From the human T2T-CHM13v2.0 reference genome, Homo sapiens, in NCBI RefSeq assembly GCF_009914755.1, contig NC_060925.1: 64,000 bases of DNA; one strand, written 5' to 3'. The notes beneath the pieces were generated by a model. The model saw only the letters and a list, made by a program, of their open reading frames with translations. It was not told the origin of the DNA and ran no database searches. The translations under genes were made by a program, and so were the position numbers. Below are positions 30,417 to 43,499 of the stretch, piece by piece; the first letter of the stretch is position 1; each line of letters begins with the position of its first letter.

Positions 30417-33400
30417 CTATTACTCCTATTATCTCAGTTTCTTCAAAACTTGTATTTAGCAGTTAGTAGGCATTCAAAAAACATTTGTTGCAGGAAACTT
30501 TACTTTTAGGTTATCTAGTCTACACATTCATTTTACAGATGGCATAAGTACGGTCTCAAAATATTAAGTCAGTTATATCCAAAGTCCAGCATTTAATCAG
30601 TAGCAGAGTCAGGATAGAACCTAATGTTACTAATTTCCAGCCAAGTTAAATTGACTTCTATTTCTACATTTTTCTTTTCTTTTTCACTCATGATGTGGTG
30701 CCCATTCTCTGTCCCTCTCTCCATTTCTCCTTGCTTTCCTTTCCACAATACCTATGCTGGCTACATACTGGGAATCTAAAATGAACAAGACACGTTTCCT
30801 ACTTTTATACATGCCTGAGACATCCTGCCTCAGCTGACCTCTCTGAACCCACCCCAGTCCTGCCTGCTTATGGCTACCTGACTGCACTGGCTAACTTCTC
30901 TGCCAAGATCTACGGTTGCCTTCCTTTTCTTCTAGCCTTTTTACCCTTACAAGCATTTTTCAACCTCTTGATTTATTAGTCATCCTCTGCCCATAAATCA
31001 GGATTTCCTACCTAGACCTCCTATCCTTTGGGTCCCTACATCCTACTGTGGTGTCCTGGTGCAGTGGGAGGTCTTAGGCACAGCTTGAAATTCTGTCCTT
31101 TTGGTGGCTTTGCAGGTGGCCACCTGCTGGAGAGTGCATGTCTCCACTGCCTTCCTCAACCTCTGCATGTGGAGTCTGCACTTGACAAGATCAATGGTAT
31201 GTGATTCTTGAAATTATTCTAATTGCGGCAGAAGCCACAGCCACACCAGCCGAATGAGACCTGGAGTAGGTCTTAATTTCGATATGCCAATGTAAGCATG
31301 AAGGTATTTGCATGTCTGGCAAGTTATTTTCTACCCCACCTCTTGTCCTACTCCACTAGTTCTTAAGACGAGTTCTGCCTCATTTTCCTTTTGTTTAAAC
31401 TGGACTACCTCCCTACCAGCTCCTACCGGGATCTTCCTTGGGAGATCAGCCCTACTCCTTGTGTCACCAACTCCTGTCTGTATCCTGCTCTTCAAGGGCA
31501 GCAGTCCTGAAACCAGGGATCCATTGCCTACCCAATGTCAAGCTTCCTGATTTCTACTGCTATACCAACCCCAGTATGGATGGGAGTGGTCATTCTTCCC
31601 ACTATGGATGTAGCTGACCTCCCCTCCTCTGCTATCATGTTGAGAAGATGCCCTTTTGGGTTAGACCCTACAAGACTACTGGCTTCAGAGATGGGTACAG
31701 GGAACATCACTTTCCTGCATGGAGTAGAACAAAATGGCAAAATCTGGAAGGAGAGATTCAATCCCTAAATGTCAATATCCAAGAGATGTAGGAACTGACT
31801 GTTTTGTGGTAATACATATTATTAATGGAGATAAGTGCCCTTTTGTGCCCAGATAACACTGGCTGCATAGTTTTGGGAGATAATGCATCGCTAAGTACTC
31901 CTGACACCCATTGCAAGGTTGATTTCTAAACAAATGGGCTGAAACTTAATTAGTTCTAATTGTAAAACACAAGGGCTCTGGGCCCACCTCAGCATGAAGA
32001 ATGGAATCAAAGGTGCCAACTAAAGAGAATATTCCAGATGCTCACATTGAAATATGTAATCTGAGAGTGTTTTAAGTGCATCTGAGTACTTCAGTGCTTC
32101 ATAAATGGTTGAGCTACATTATCAACCCCGGATATTGAGACACTAATAAGCAAACAGCTCTTACTTTTTATAATGCTGTGTGCCTGAGTCAGAGGAAATG
32201 TTGAGGATGATTAGAATACTGGAATACTCCTTTGTGGTTAGATGTTACTAAATCCCAATAGACTTTGGAGGTCAAAAAAAACTCCAACTATATGCCACAT
32301 AAAATCTATTATAACTGGGGTTTTCTGAGATCATTTTCCTAAAATAATAAACATAACAACAGAAAATTGACTGCATGACAATGAAATGTAGAACATTCAG
32401 TTTGCCAGGTTTTTTTTAATTACCTGATGAATGATGATCTCTTGGTTTAATAAAGCAACATGTTTAGGAAATTCCAAAATAGATTGGTTTTATTATCTCT
32501 TTGTTTAGATGATGAGAACAGGGCCATATTTTTTTTCATGATTACCTTCCTCAGTGCCTTGTATAGTGCTTTGTACATAGTAGGTCTCTGTAGTTATTAA
32601 TTGAGCATTTCATGAATTATTCATTTTCTATAATGACCAAAGAAGCCATTGCACTGATAAATTTTAACATAACTTTTTGCTGCCTGCATGCAGTCTTGGT
32701 CATAGTTTGCAACCATTTATGCCATTTCCTCCCATTTTAACATTTTTGTAATTTGTATCATGTCCCAGGTCTATGAAGTTTCTGAGGCAGAGTATAAAGT
32801 GCAAAGTTAATGCTTCTTTTGCACACAAATATAACCCTCATGAGAATAAAGTCATGGATTTCAAACTTATATTTCGATGTGACAACTATATAAAGCCAGA
32901 TTGATATATATTTTAAATCATTTTCCCTACAGCTTTATCCCCACCCATCCTTCCCCAAAGCCTCATAGCAGCTTTAGCAAGATATTTATTAATTTAGTTG
33001 CATCTTTCACATAGTATCGGATTTGTGTAAATGCAATAAAATTCATAACACTCCTGTATAATATAGGGCAGAGACAAGCAGGACCCTTCTGCTCTGAGGC
33101 TGGAATATAAAGTAGTTTCAGTTGCTGAGATAGATTAATTCTTGAGTCAGAAAACAGTCTTTAACTCCAGTCAGCCCAATTTCTGCCAAATAAGCAAGAA
33201 GATAAATGCATCATTCTTTGAAGACAGAAGACATGTTGGGAATCAGACAACTTAATTTCAAATATGAAATATATCTAATTGATTTGCAATACTGTCCCTG
33301 GTGTACTGCCCATTGAAGATGCAATATTCTGAGGTTTCCGGACCTATGACACCAGCTAGAAAAACATTATCTGCCACTTCTGCTTGAGCGATAAGAAGAC

Positions 33401-35145
33401 ATAGGAAAAGCATGAGGGATGATGATGCACGACTCTGCAACTCCTGTGGGTCACTGCACTTTATCAACCAGAGACTAGCAGCACACAAACATATTATGGG
33501 ACTGATTTTGTCCTCAGCTACATCATCAATTGGTTTTGTGAATCACCTGACCCTTAATGGGAACCTTCATATACAGTCAAAGACAGAATTTAGATTAGGA
33601 TGTGAACAGGCCAAACAGGCTTTTAGCCTATCTTTATCTGGCTAATGAAATAATATTACCGAGTAGTGATTTATTTTCTTCTTCTTGTTTGACTTTGGTC
33701 ATTTCTTTTTTCTTCTAGGACTGCATTAAATTGTAGGAATGGAACTTCAATTAATATTATAATAATCCTCATTGCTGATAGTGTTTTTTAAGCTCATTAT
33801 CATCACATTTGTGCATGATGTTTTAAAGATGCACAAGGGATTTAAAAATCCCCGATTAAATATTTCCAGTTCTTACTAATATAAATTCATACAGCCTAAA
33901 AGTATTAATGTGATCAATGCTAAGAATAGCAACATCCACAGTAAATATGCTGAACCATTGTAAATTGCAATATTTATCTGATTTATTTTCTTGAATGTTG
34001 TCTCCTACTCCAAACACAGATTATTGGAGAGTTCTGCTATGTATAAGAGATGTCAGAAATAATTTTGGCCAGTTATATGGGGATCAATTTATGTGTCTAT
34101 TACGCACCTACCAAATATTTAGCATAATGTATCAAAATAGAATGTGAGAATAGGTAATTTGTTACAAAAGCAAAAATCAATACCATAAGTAAGTAAATAA
34201 ATGAATTAAATTAATTAATGATTGTTTAAAATGTATTATTCATTATACCTCTTGGCAATTGGGCAATTAGCAAAAAGTACTAATTGTACATTGTATGTCA
34301 TATAAAATGTATAAAAACATAAAAGTACATTTTATGTTTTTATATATTTTTTTCATTTAAAAGTTGTGGTAATGGCTTATGAGGATACTCGCTTTTTCAG
34401 ACAAATTGAGGTTCTATCATATAAATGGGAAAACTGACCTGAACATTAGAGCTACTTTTGGAGTGAAGTTGGTTTAATAAAATTCTTAAACAGTTGTTTA
34501 AATGTGAAGGACTGGAGATAACATACATAAAGCACTAAAGTATTTTATACAATACTGGCTCTTTTAAAAAAGATGATTACCAATATGTCTATATAATTAT
34601 ATATAATATATGCATGTGTATATATTTGAGCCTTTTAAAAAAGATGATTTCTAATAGTGGCAGTAATAATTATAGTTTTCTGGAGCTCTTAAGTCATTTT
34701 GCTTCAAGATTCCTGTTAGCCAAATACATTTATGGTATTCTATTTTTAGCATAAACCTTTCCTAATGATATGAGAGTGTTTGACCTTCTGAACTGATCCC
34801 AGAGCAGTGCAGAGCCTTGGTTGCCAAGCACTGAAAAGGGTATGTCAACCACCTCTGTTCTAGAGACAACTGGTTTTACTTTGATGTTTCTTAGTTTTCA
34901 TGTTTGATATATCCCCTCTGCCAGAGCACCACAATTATTTTTCTGCATATATGTTTGTGACATTTCTACTCTGGAGAATTCCTGTATAATAAACTCCATT
35001 TCATGATTTTTTTTTAATCGAGTGGCATGGTCTAGACTGGTGGACACATCTGCATATGCTCCAGTACATTTCTTCATGGGTACCTTCTAAAATATTCCTA
35101 TATTTTAACTGTCTTAGCAACAACATCATCACTCCCAATTATAGA

Positions 35146-36428
35146 TAATGGGACTTCAAAAAGTTGATGGAAAATGAAAACACTATACATGGATTTCAAA
35201 ATTTTGCTGCACAAAAAAACCCTGGTGTTAACTTGTTATAACATGTCTGAACAGGAACTAGTTTGGGGCAGTAAGAAAGATAAGACATCAATTTGAAAAG
35301 AGCCCCTATCAGAGCAACATAAATTCTGCTAAAATTGAAGCAAGAACAAATACCAAGTTTATGGTGAAGCCTGGGTGGAAGAATGGTGAAGTCATTGATA
35401 CTTTATGAAAAGTGTATGGAGACAAGGCCCCAAAGAAATCAGTTTACAAATGGATAGCTTGTTTTAAGAAGTGTTGAAACGATGTTGAAAATAAAGCCCA
35501 TGGTACCAGACCATCCACATTGATTTGTGAGGAAAAAATTAATCTTGTTCATGCACTAATTGAAGAGTGTAGATGATTACAGCAGAAATAATACCCAATA
35601 CCATAGATGTCTCAATTGGCTCAGCTTACACAATTCTGGCTGAAAAATTAAAGTTGAGCAACTTTCCACTCTGGGTGCCGAAACTGTTGCACCCAAATCA
35701 GCTCCAGACAAGAGCAGAGCTTTCAATGTAAATTTTAAACAAGTGGAATCAAGATCCTGAAGCATTTCTTCAAAGAACTGTAACAGGAGATGAAACATGG
35801 CTTTACCAGTATGATCCTGAAGACAAAACACAGTCAAAGCAATGACTACCAAGAGGTGGAAGTGGTTCAATCAAAGCAAAAGCGGACTCACCAAGAGCAA
35901 AGGTCACGGCAATAGTTTTTTGGAATGCTCCAGTTATTTTGCTTGTTGATTTTCTGGAGCACCAAAAAGTGATAACATCTGCTTATTATGAGAGTGTTTT
36001 GAGAAAGCCAATACTTTAGCAGAAAAAACACCCAGGAAAGCTTCACCAGAGAGTCCTTCTCCACTCTGACAATGCTCCTGCTCATTCTTCTTAACAAAGA
36101 AGTGCAATTTTATGAATGTCAGTGGAAAATCATTAGGCATCCACCTTATAGTTCTGATTTGGCTCCTTCTGACTTCTTTTGTTTCCTTATCTGAAAAAAT
36201 CTTTAAAGGGCACCTATTTTTCTTCAGTATATAATGTAAAAAAGACTGCATTGGGATGGTCAAAAAACCCATGATCTTCAGTTCTTTAGGGATGGACTAA
36301 ATGGCTGATACCATCACTTAACAAAAGTGTCTTGAACTTGACAAGGGCTTATGTTGAGAAACAAAGTTTATTTTTTTTATTTTTATCTTTTAATTCAATT
36401 TTTCTATGAACTTTTTGAAGTCTCCTCT
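35146..36428 (+). mobile_element. HSMAR2 mariner DNA transposon, near full length, transposase pseudogenised
   Basis: TIRs (gggacttcaaaaagttgatggaaaa / tttctatgaactttttgaagtctcctc). Mariner motifs WVPKL, TGDETW (35783-35800), DNAPAH (36068-36085) and HPPYSSDLAPSDF (36138-36176). The start codon is mutated to ATA (35319-35321), with in-frame stops and frameshifts. Confidence 0.93.
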
Positions 36429-36779
36429 TTAAAACTGTCTTCCTTTTATAAAAGTTTTTTATTTTTAAAAATACTGAAACTATAAAAGAAGTCTTTAAAA
36501 TGTACGTCATTAATTCCCATAACATACTCTTTAATTTTACTTAGTAACATAAATTGCTTAAAACAAAACATATAGAATTTCATATTCACAAGTTTGCCTA
36601 ATATGATGTTTCAGAAAAATATTGTATGTTCTCTTAGTTAATGCTTATGTCCTTGCCATTGACTTGTTTACAGATTATTTCATTGGATTGCCCTCTAATT
36701 CCGAGTTTTTGTAGTCTGAAATCCACTCAGGGTATGTGCAGGTCAAAGTCTGGAGGAGCTTTGGGGTAATAGGAAGAAC

Positions 36780-36950
36780 TCAAGACTCCAAGTCCGGAGA
36801 CACAGGTTTGAATTCTAGGTCCCTGGGTTCCTAAATCTCTCTGAGCCTTCAGTTTCCTCATCTATGATAAGTGGATGACAATAATCAGTTTACAGGGTGA
36901 CTGTGAGAATTAAATGAAATAAAATACTTTGAATACTTAGCAGTGCTTAG
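36780..36950 (+). mobile_element. MIR SINE
   Basis: ctctctgagccttcagtttcctcatcta...tgtgagaattaaatga. Confidence 0.8.
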
Positions 36951-39806
36951 TATATATTTAATTTGACATAATCTAAAAGTGTTTGCTCGGGTTTGCTGGA
37001 AGTAAAAAATTGGTGCTCAACATCACCTCTCACTTGAATGGAAGAAATAGCCATTGGACAGAGACATCCGTATATTAATGATTGGCTCTGGGTCTGTTTA
37101 TTTTTATTTGAGTCAATGAATAAGTGCCCATACAGCACTTTGTCCACTACTAAGATTCTTATACTGTGTTAATTTCCATAGCAGCATTCCTGCCTGCTGA
37201 GTTTCCTGGATTTGCTGAGCTAAACAAGTTCATTCGCACCCAGTTCCACCTGGGATGAAGATCCATCTACAGGGCTGGAACTGACAGGGAAAACTTTTCA
37301 TCCCATCTGAGGTCACCTTCACTTACAGGATGCTGGCTGCTGATAAGTATCCTATCAGGAGAAGAAGAGAAAAATAATTTGACACTTATAGCCTGTCTTG
37401 AAAGATGAGATTCACTTATCAGCAAACCAGATGAAGAGAATCACTGAGCACAGAAATGAGATCTGAGCACACTAGAGCTCAACTAATGTATCCCTGCCCA
37501 CACAGGGTTAGTCTCTACAAATTGCCTATTTCAGTTATTTAGCCCCATTTTTTTCCCAGAGATGGTGTGTTTCGTATAATCAATAGCTACAAAATAAAAG
37601 CAGCATCTGCCTTGCCTTCTTTTCCCGTTATTTGGCTGTGGCCTCCTAACAATGAGACAAACAGAGAAGAGAGAAGTAAACAAGAAATCAAAGAGATCTA
37701 GGGGAGATAGCTAATGTGGGGGTGAGGAGAGAAGCAAATACCGGGTTCACAACAGGTTGAATCATTGCCAAGGAACCCAGATTGACAAGTATGATATACT
37801 GTTGAGATTCTCAGTGGCAACCGTTGCCAGTTTTGCAAAAGAGCAGTGTTATTGGAGCCGGATTTGGAAAGCAGATTTTGTGAAAAGTCTAGGATACTGC
37901 TGTCTCCCAGGACTTGGTTCTAATTTTGTCTTTGGGCTGTCCTCAATGCTCCCACCTCTCACGCATGTGTTCTATTTGGGGGCTTATTGTGGAGGAAGCC
38001 AACTAATGCTACATCCAGAAAGAGGGAGAAAAAAAGTCCAAATATATATTTTTCTTTATTGAAATAGAAAAACAAACTCAAAATTATCTGCATTTTATGT
38101 TTCCAGCCATCCTTAGTCACAGACAGAGCTCAGCAATATGCTCACCTTGGCCCACTAAGAGCAGATATTTCACAGACAATTTTTTGCTCACCTGTAAAAG
38201 TTCGTCTCTCCCCAGCTGAGTATTGGTTCCCCACCCTTCTCCTTCTTCAGACTCTACTCTAATCCCCATGCATTCCCAGGCTTCCTGGGGCTGATGTGGG
38301 AAGACAAAGGAGGAACCCAGGACCCTAAGAAAATGCAGCCTTCTGATACCCACTGCTATGGGATCATTATAGGAGGGCCAGTACTTGGTGGGTAGTTGTG
38401 AGATGCAGCATAACTGTGTTCTCTGCAGGCAGGGCTTCTCCCTCAGGCTTGAGTTGTATTTTCCATGAACTTGTGCTGGGCCTTCCAGTGCCCAGCTCTT
38501 AGTCTTAGAAACTCCTTTGCTGCTAAGACCTTTCAGAGTGAGGCCTGAGGTAAGAGCAAAGCTGAAGGAGATCAGGTGGCAGGCCTGCTCCAGTCCTGGT
38601 CTGGTCCTGGGGATGAGCATGTTGTGCAGGATGGTAGGTTGGTTCTCCCCATCTCGAGCCTTTGGGTGCTCTGGTTTGTTTGGCATATGGGTATGCACTG
38701 GGTTGGTCCCTAGGATCCTCTGCCTGCCTTTTAGAATGTATGAAGTGGTCCTGGTTCCACCCTAATGTGAAAGAAGATCTTGCCATCGTATAGGCAAGAG
38801 CAGTGGGTCCCAACACAAGGCCTAATGATGGCCATCATAAGATGATCAGACCATCTTTTTGTTATTTGAGTTACAATAACAAAGTAGATCGAAGATAGGT
38901 CCACTCTGTAGAACTAAAGTCATATGCATTGCTTTTCTCTACTTGCCGAATTGCTGTCTAGCACCCCCTTTTCTCTCTGAACTCCTCATCTTTTCAAGGG
39001 CATAAGGACTCCTATTCTGATTAGGACAAAATGCAGGAATTTGTTTTGAATTTTCTCTTCATTTCGGGTGCTGTGAGCACTTGGGCTTGGAGTTGGAGTG
39101 GTAGCTGGGTATTAGGCCTTGACTGGGCTTTCCTCATTTTCAGCAGAGCCCAGCTGGCTTTGGCCCGGTTTGGAGATTCTCCAACCAAGTCCCACCCTCA
39201 GAGAGGTTGCCATACTCTCGCCATTAGAGAAGCCAGCGGGGAGTTACAGCCACAGCAGCTTTTGCAGAATCCCTAGGAGACCTACAGGGACAAAGCAGAG
39301 TAAAGGAAAAGGTCCTGGAGAGGTGAGATTTTCTCCATTTTCAACAAGAGTTTTAGACGACATTTTCCAAAAGTTGCTACAGCTCATACAACTGCTTTGC
39401 AAATTCAACATTTGAGTTTGGCCCACTGAAAAAAAAGTTCACTTACTACTACTACTTTCTGTCTGTGTTGTGTTTCAGGCTTAGAGCCAGGCTTAGAGTT
39501 GTGATGAAAAGGAAAGCTCTGACTAAAATAATATTTCTTGTCATAGTAGTTATTTTGTTTCATAAGTATTGACATGTAGGTTGTTACTGCATTTTACAGA
39601 TGAGGAAACTGAGCCTTAGGACTCAGAAATATTGTGAGGAACACAGTAAGAACAAGACACGTTAGGCGTTATTATCCTAGGTTTAACCTGTTGCTATTTG
39701 AGAATGGCATAGAGAGAAACAAAAGCTATTACTTAGAGAAAGCTGGCTACTCTCTTAGACCAGCTTTGAAGGATAAGGACCCTGGTTAGGCCATCACAGT
39801 CTAGGT

Positions 39807-40005
39807 CCATGGTTCTCAGTCTTTGGCTTACATCAGAATCAGCTGTGGAGCTTTAAAAAATAGAGATTCCTAGGTCTTATCCCATACCTCCCAAATTAGA
39901 ATCTCCAGGGACAGGTCTTGGAAGTCAACATTAAAAAAAAAATAATGAAAAAACAAAATATCCTTTGTTGAGTGATACTGTTGGGCAGCAAGTTTGGAAA
40001 CGATC
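39807..40005. mobile_element. MER5-family (hAT-Charlie) DNA transposon
   Basis: catggttctca...catcagaatcagctgtggagctttaaaaaata...aattagaatctc...caagtttggaaac. Confidence 0.7.
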
Positions 40006-40609
40006 TAAGGTTTTACCTCTAATTTTGGTCCAGAAAATTCCTTGCCAGAGGTAATAAGTCTTCTGGAGATGGACTCACATTAACACAATTATGACATGTG
40101 ACTGATACATGGATTAGAGTGACAACTGACAGTGAGAACTACCTTGTTGTTAGCCTAACAAGACCATCAGGCTCTTGTTGGTAGAAGGTTATGCTTTTCC
40201 CCGAGGCTGCATGTAGCCAGGTGAGCAGAGACCAAAGGTGGAGAAAGTGGATGATCATGAGAGGCAGGACCATCAAACATGGTGACCCTGAGGCATTCAT
40301 CTTCCTCAGAAGGTTCCTGCTGTACAAACAGAATACTCGTGTTCATGGGCTCAGATGCATCACCAGATTTTATCTTTGACCATCCTGTTTACAGGTGCCT
40401 TATCCCCCATCCCCATTCTGAAAATAATTATTTTTATTAGATACAAAATACCGTATAGTTGATTAGATTTGCTCTTTTCTAGTTAAAGATCACAGCCTAA
40501 ATGCTCATAGTTAGCAAGAGTTTTAGATAAACAGGCACTCATACTTGACTTGTTACTGGGAAATTAGCACAATCTTTTGATATGAAGTATTGGTAGCTAC
40601 AGGGATAAT

Positions 40610-40940
40610 TTTTGGCACTATTAACAATACTGAAAAGTTGGAAGCAACCTTTATGTCCAAGAATAGAAGTAGATAAATTCATTATTGTATATGCACACAC
40701 AAAACGGGCTGATATATAGTCATGGTTTAGAATAAAATGTAATTAAATGGAAAATACTCACGATATATTGTTATGTGATAAAGCACATACAAATTTTTGT
40801 ATGTGTGAAAAGAGGTACACCAAAATGTTAATGGTAATTTTGCCTGGATGGTTTAATTATGAGTGATTTTTTCTGTTTTTATTTATCTACATATCTACTT
40901 TAATTTTATCATAATAATTATATATAAATTTTATCATAAG
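40610..40940 (+). mobile_element. Old L1M (L1ME-like) 3' fragment
   Basis: aaagttggaagcaacctttatgtcca, atggaaaatactcacgatatattgtt, acaccaaaatgttaatggt. Confidence 0.6.
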
Positions 40941-41204
40941 AAAAAGCCAAATAAGCATTATTATAAAAGTCATAATTCAGATTTTTCTTCCTGACATTAT
41001 ATGTGAGTCATCATGACTATTAATATATTTTGGGTGACCCTCAAATGTAGTTTTGAGTTTGTGTTATTTCTATGAATGAATGATTGTTGTCATCCCTTAC
41101 CCCTTTATCTAGAGTAACTTCATTCACAGAAGCCATCTGAATTCAGTTTTGGAGTCTGTTCAACTTCTGGTGGTGCATATACAATTTAACCACAGCGATG
41201 GGGA

Positions 41205-41900
41205 CATTCACTCAACAAACATTTATTGCAGACTTTCTCTTATAGACTTTAAGGGTATATGTTTGAACAATATATATTACTGCTGTAAAGGAGTCAGGTG
41301 GGGATATAAAGAAATGTAAAACAAATAATAAATAATTTATTAGAGATAGGACTATGAGATCCTAGAAGAGGGAGTGACTAATTTTGACTGGGAAAATAAG
41401 TCTTAATAGAAGAGGCAACTTTTAAGCTGAATCTTAAATGAGTAGAAGTTTTCCAGGTGAGGGAAGGCGGGAGAGCATTTCTAGGAAGAGCAAACAACTC
41501 ATGCAAAGACACAGAGTAGTGAAAAGGCATTGTGTGGAATGTTGAGAAGTTCGGTGGGGCTGGAGCTTGGGGTATTACAGAGAAAGGAAAGGAGATGAGA
41601 CTAGAATGAGAAATTAATACCAGATAGTAAAGTGTTTTGTATGCCATGTGACAGGATTTTAATTTGATCTTTTGAGCAATGGAAATTGGCAGTGGTTTAT
41701 AAACAGGAAAAAGACATGACAGAACTATTTTTAAGGACATAACCCTGGGGAGGATGTGGAAAATGGAATAGATTAGGGTAGAGGCCTGAGGCACAGCAGA
41801 TAGTTGGGAAGCTATTGTAGCATTAAAGATGAGAGATAATAAGGGCCTGGCCTGAGTCAGTGACCCTGGAAATGGAGAAAAAAGCCTTGATCTGAGAGGC
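41205..41900 (-). mobile_element. L2 fragment
   Basis: Reverse tail cattcactcaacaaacatttattg, then ttaagctgaatcttaaa, ggcagtggtttataaacagg and gggaagctattgtag. Confidence 0.75.
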
Positions 41901-42533
41901 CTCTAGTCAATAGGGAGAAGATTTCCCCATTCCCCTCTTATGTATTGTAGTTCTTAATATACTTTCCATACGCTTTTAGAGATGTGAACCTCCGTATTGA
42001 ATATTTACTCTGCCAACCCAAATTTGAATCAATGCATGAGCACCTGTGTTTGACAAAGCCCAGTGGATCCAAATCCAGTATGCATTGAGTATGTCCCAAA
42101 AAATGAGTAATGGCTGCAGTATACAAAACAAAACCACCCCCGACTCACATGTGTTTCTGTGATTCCTTAAGATGCCGGAAGAAGATGAAAACAGTTACCA
42201 GTGTTGGCTTTTAAGAAAATGTCAGATCCAAAACATTCAACCATATTTTCCCTCTGACTCAACATGCCTGTAGTTTTTAGTGAGACACCTTTAGAAATCA
42301 TATAATCCTTTTGGCTGAGAATTTGTCATTGAATAATAAAAAGAATACAAGATCTGAATCCAGACAGACCCGAATCTGTAATAATTGTGTGACTTTGGGT
42401 AAGTTACTTAATTTCTTGTTTTACTTATTTGTGAAATGGAGGTATTCATATCTATTTTGCAAGGCTAATATGAGAATTACAGATCATATATGTTAAGCAT
42501 CTTGTACATTCTTGGTCCACAAAAAATAGTTAG

Positions 42534-42851
<318 letters not shown>

Positions 42852-43249
42852 TTACTTTCAGAAGCTTGTTCTGGGCAAATGATATCTGAAGGATTGTGTT
42901 CATTTCTGTTTATGGCAGTTTAGGAAAGACACTGATAAGCTAAAGGCTTTTAGAGAAAGATGTCAAGGATGACAAAGAGAGTAGAAATAATTTTTGTGGT
43001 GCTTCCTCTTCCTGGTACTCAGAGCTATGTAAGCTCATTCTATTTTCCTTATTGTCTTTGCTGCCAGGAAACTCAGTTCCATATTTGAAATTCAAATTCA
43101 GCAACTCCATTAGCCCTTGAATTGGTATATCTGCTTTATCCTTTTGTTTGTCACTTTAAAACTTTGGAAAGAGATTCAGCACAAATAATTTCAGGGAATA
43201 AAATAAAATAAAATGTAATGTGCAAACTTGTAAAATAAATTGAACAGAT

Positions 43250-43490
43250 TTAACATGCAGAATAGAAGCCTAAAGAGGGAGTTAAAATTATTCTCAAGTA
43301 TCTGAAAAATTGTCATGTTGCAAAGAAAATAGACTTATTTGTATTGCTCTAAACATCAAACACCTGAACAGTAGATTGAAGATGCAGGATAATTATTTAA
43401 GTAAAATAAAAGAAGGGATTTATAAAATAGCTGCACTAATGGAATGGAATTTCTATTAGGAAAATGAGTCCATCATTGGAAGAGTTAAAC
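43250..43490 (+). mobile_element. L3/CR1 LINE fragment
   Basis: tctcaagtatctgaaaaattgtcatg...tagacttatt...atggaatgg...catcattggaagagttaaa follows the recalled L3 3' consensus. Confidence 0.55.
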
Positions 43491-43499
43491 TTTCTGTAT

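Noticed and set aside
38117-38698. 193-aa minus-strand ORF in non-repeat DNA
   Set aside because: It starts at GTG, has no recognisable domain or promoter context, and one such ORF per 64 kb is unremarkable. PhyloCSF or Ribo-seq support would be needed.
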